A stretch of 60,686 nucleotides of DNA, filler included, from Basidiobolus ranarum (lineage: Eukaryota): NCBI GenBank assembly GCA_040143965.1. It is 8 parts of 8 records of this genome, joined end to end, with 100 filler letters (N's around TTAATTAATTAA, not from the genome) between each part and the next. Parts side by side here need not be neighbours in the genome. Positions count along the whole stretch, not along the records: positions 53,209 to 60,686 come from JASJQH010001115.1; 7 more parts are not named here. One strand, given 5' to 3'. Shown here piece after piece: positions 60,127-60,686 of the stretch. The notes beneath the pieces were generated by a model. The model made no database searches. It was given only the letters and a program-made list of their open reading frames with translations, and was not told where the DNA came from. Numbering within the stretch: the first letter of the stretch is position 1; each line of letters opens with the position of its first letter. The translations under genes and the position numbers were made by a program.

Positions 60127-60686
60127 ATGTATCTCAAAGCTACTATTGTCAGCGCCATACTGCTCGCCTCTCTAAGTAGTGCAACTGACCACAAGCTAAG
60201 CACACCTCCTGGCCAAAATGTTGAATCTTCTGCATCTACTTTTCCACTAAGTGACACGATGGTCATTGACGCGGATACCAATTTCTTTGTTCCCGACTTC
60301 ATGTTAGAAAAAGAAATTGAACTCACTCCTGAAGAATCCCAAATGCGTCGTATCAACCTAAAAAAGGTATTATATCGCTTATCCAAGGCCTCTGGAGTGA
60401 AGAAGGGAAAACTCAACCCACTCAAGGTCAAGAAAGTTAACAATTCTGTGACAGAGATGAGTCCTGAAACAGGTGACCATGACACTAGTAACTCTGCCTC
60501 GCCTGCTGTGGACAGTGTAGAGGATCACAATATCGATTACAGTGTAGATGGTGAGGGGGACACAGATTCAGATGCTTCACCGGAAGAAACGGAGTTACGA
60601 CGAGGAGGCCGTGGTGGACGTGGTGGACGTGGGCGCGGTCGTGGAGGTCGTGTTCGCAGTGGACGCGGCCGGGGACGTGGTCGCTT
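60127..60686 (+). CDS. Secreted multi-peptide precursor B, tandem paralogue of A, truncated at the sequence end (absent from the ORF track)
   Basis: MYLKATIVSAILLASLSSA...PDFMLEKEIELTPEESQMRRINLKKVLYRLSKASGVKKGKLNPLKVKKVNNSVTEM...DASPEETELRRGGRGGRGGRGRGRGG..., open to the end of the sequence. Confidence 0.85.
   Translation, partial: MYLKATIVSAILLASLSSATDHKLSTPPGQNVESSASTFPLSDTMVIDADTNFFVPDFMLEKEIELTPEESQMRRINLKKVLYRLSKASGVKKGKLNPLKVKKVNNSVTEMSPETGDHDTSNSASPAVDSVEDHNIDYSVDGEGDTDSDASPEETELRRGGRGGRGGRGRGRGGRVRSGRGRGRGR

Noticed and set aside
59081-60485. Minus-strand ORFs 59081-59485 (His/Asp-rich) and 60108-60485
   Set aside because: Antisense shadows of the two precursor genes; the plus strand has the signal peptides, TATA boxes and conserved motifs.

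Overview
Eukaryotic, fungal-type DNA with short GT-AG introns (mostly 50-70 nt). The gene repertoire suggests an early-diverging fungus; Basidiobolus-like Zoopagomycota is plausible but not provable from this sequence. The window is not one locus. It is eight size-sorted contigs (7517 down to 7478 bp) joined by artificial 100-nt N-TTAATTAATTAA-N linkers, so adjacency across linkers has no meaning. Contigs 1-5 carry ordinary genes: PTR2, an RRM protein, PUS1, RPL42, a GH18 chitinase, a WC-2-like PAS-GATA factor, a C2H2 factor, PUT2, a DUF4449-like protein and a winged-helix/KilA-N factor. They also hold an orphan methyltransferase, a decayed SH3-repeat/GH24 lysozyme ending in a knottin, and a secreted, probably GPI-anchored LRR gene with one repeat per exon. 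Contigs 6-8 are a CpG-poor transposon graveyard (CCC-ended CACTA family plus MITE, Harbinger/ISL2EU-like, gypsy, copia, LINE remnants). Contig 8 holds the two most striking items. One is a decaying Firmicutes (Paenibacillus-like) murAB-rho operon fragment embedded in fungal DNA. The other is a tandem pair of secreted precursors in which acidic spacers ending in PEExxxRR precede an amphipathic cationic helix and a Gly/Arg-rich peptide, a candidate new Kex2-processed antimicrobial/effector peptide family.
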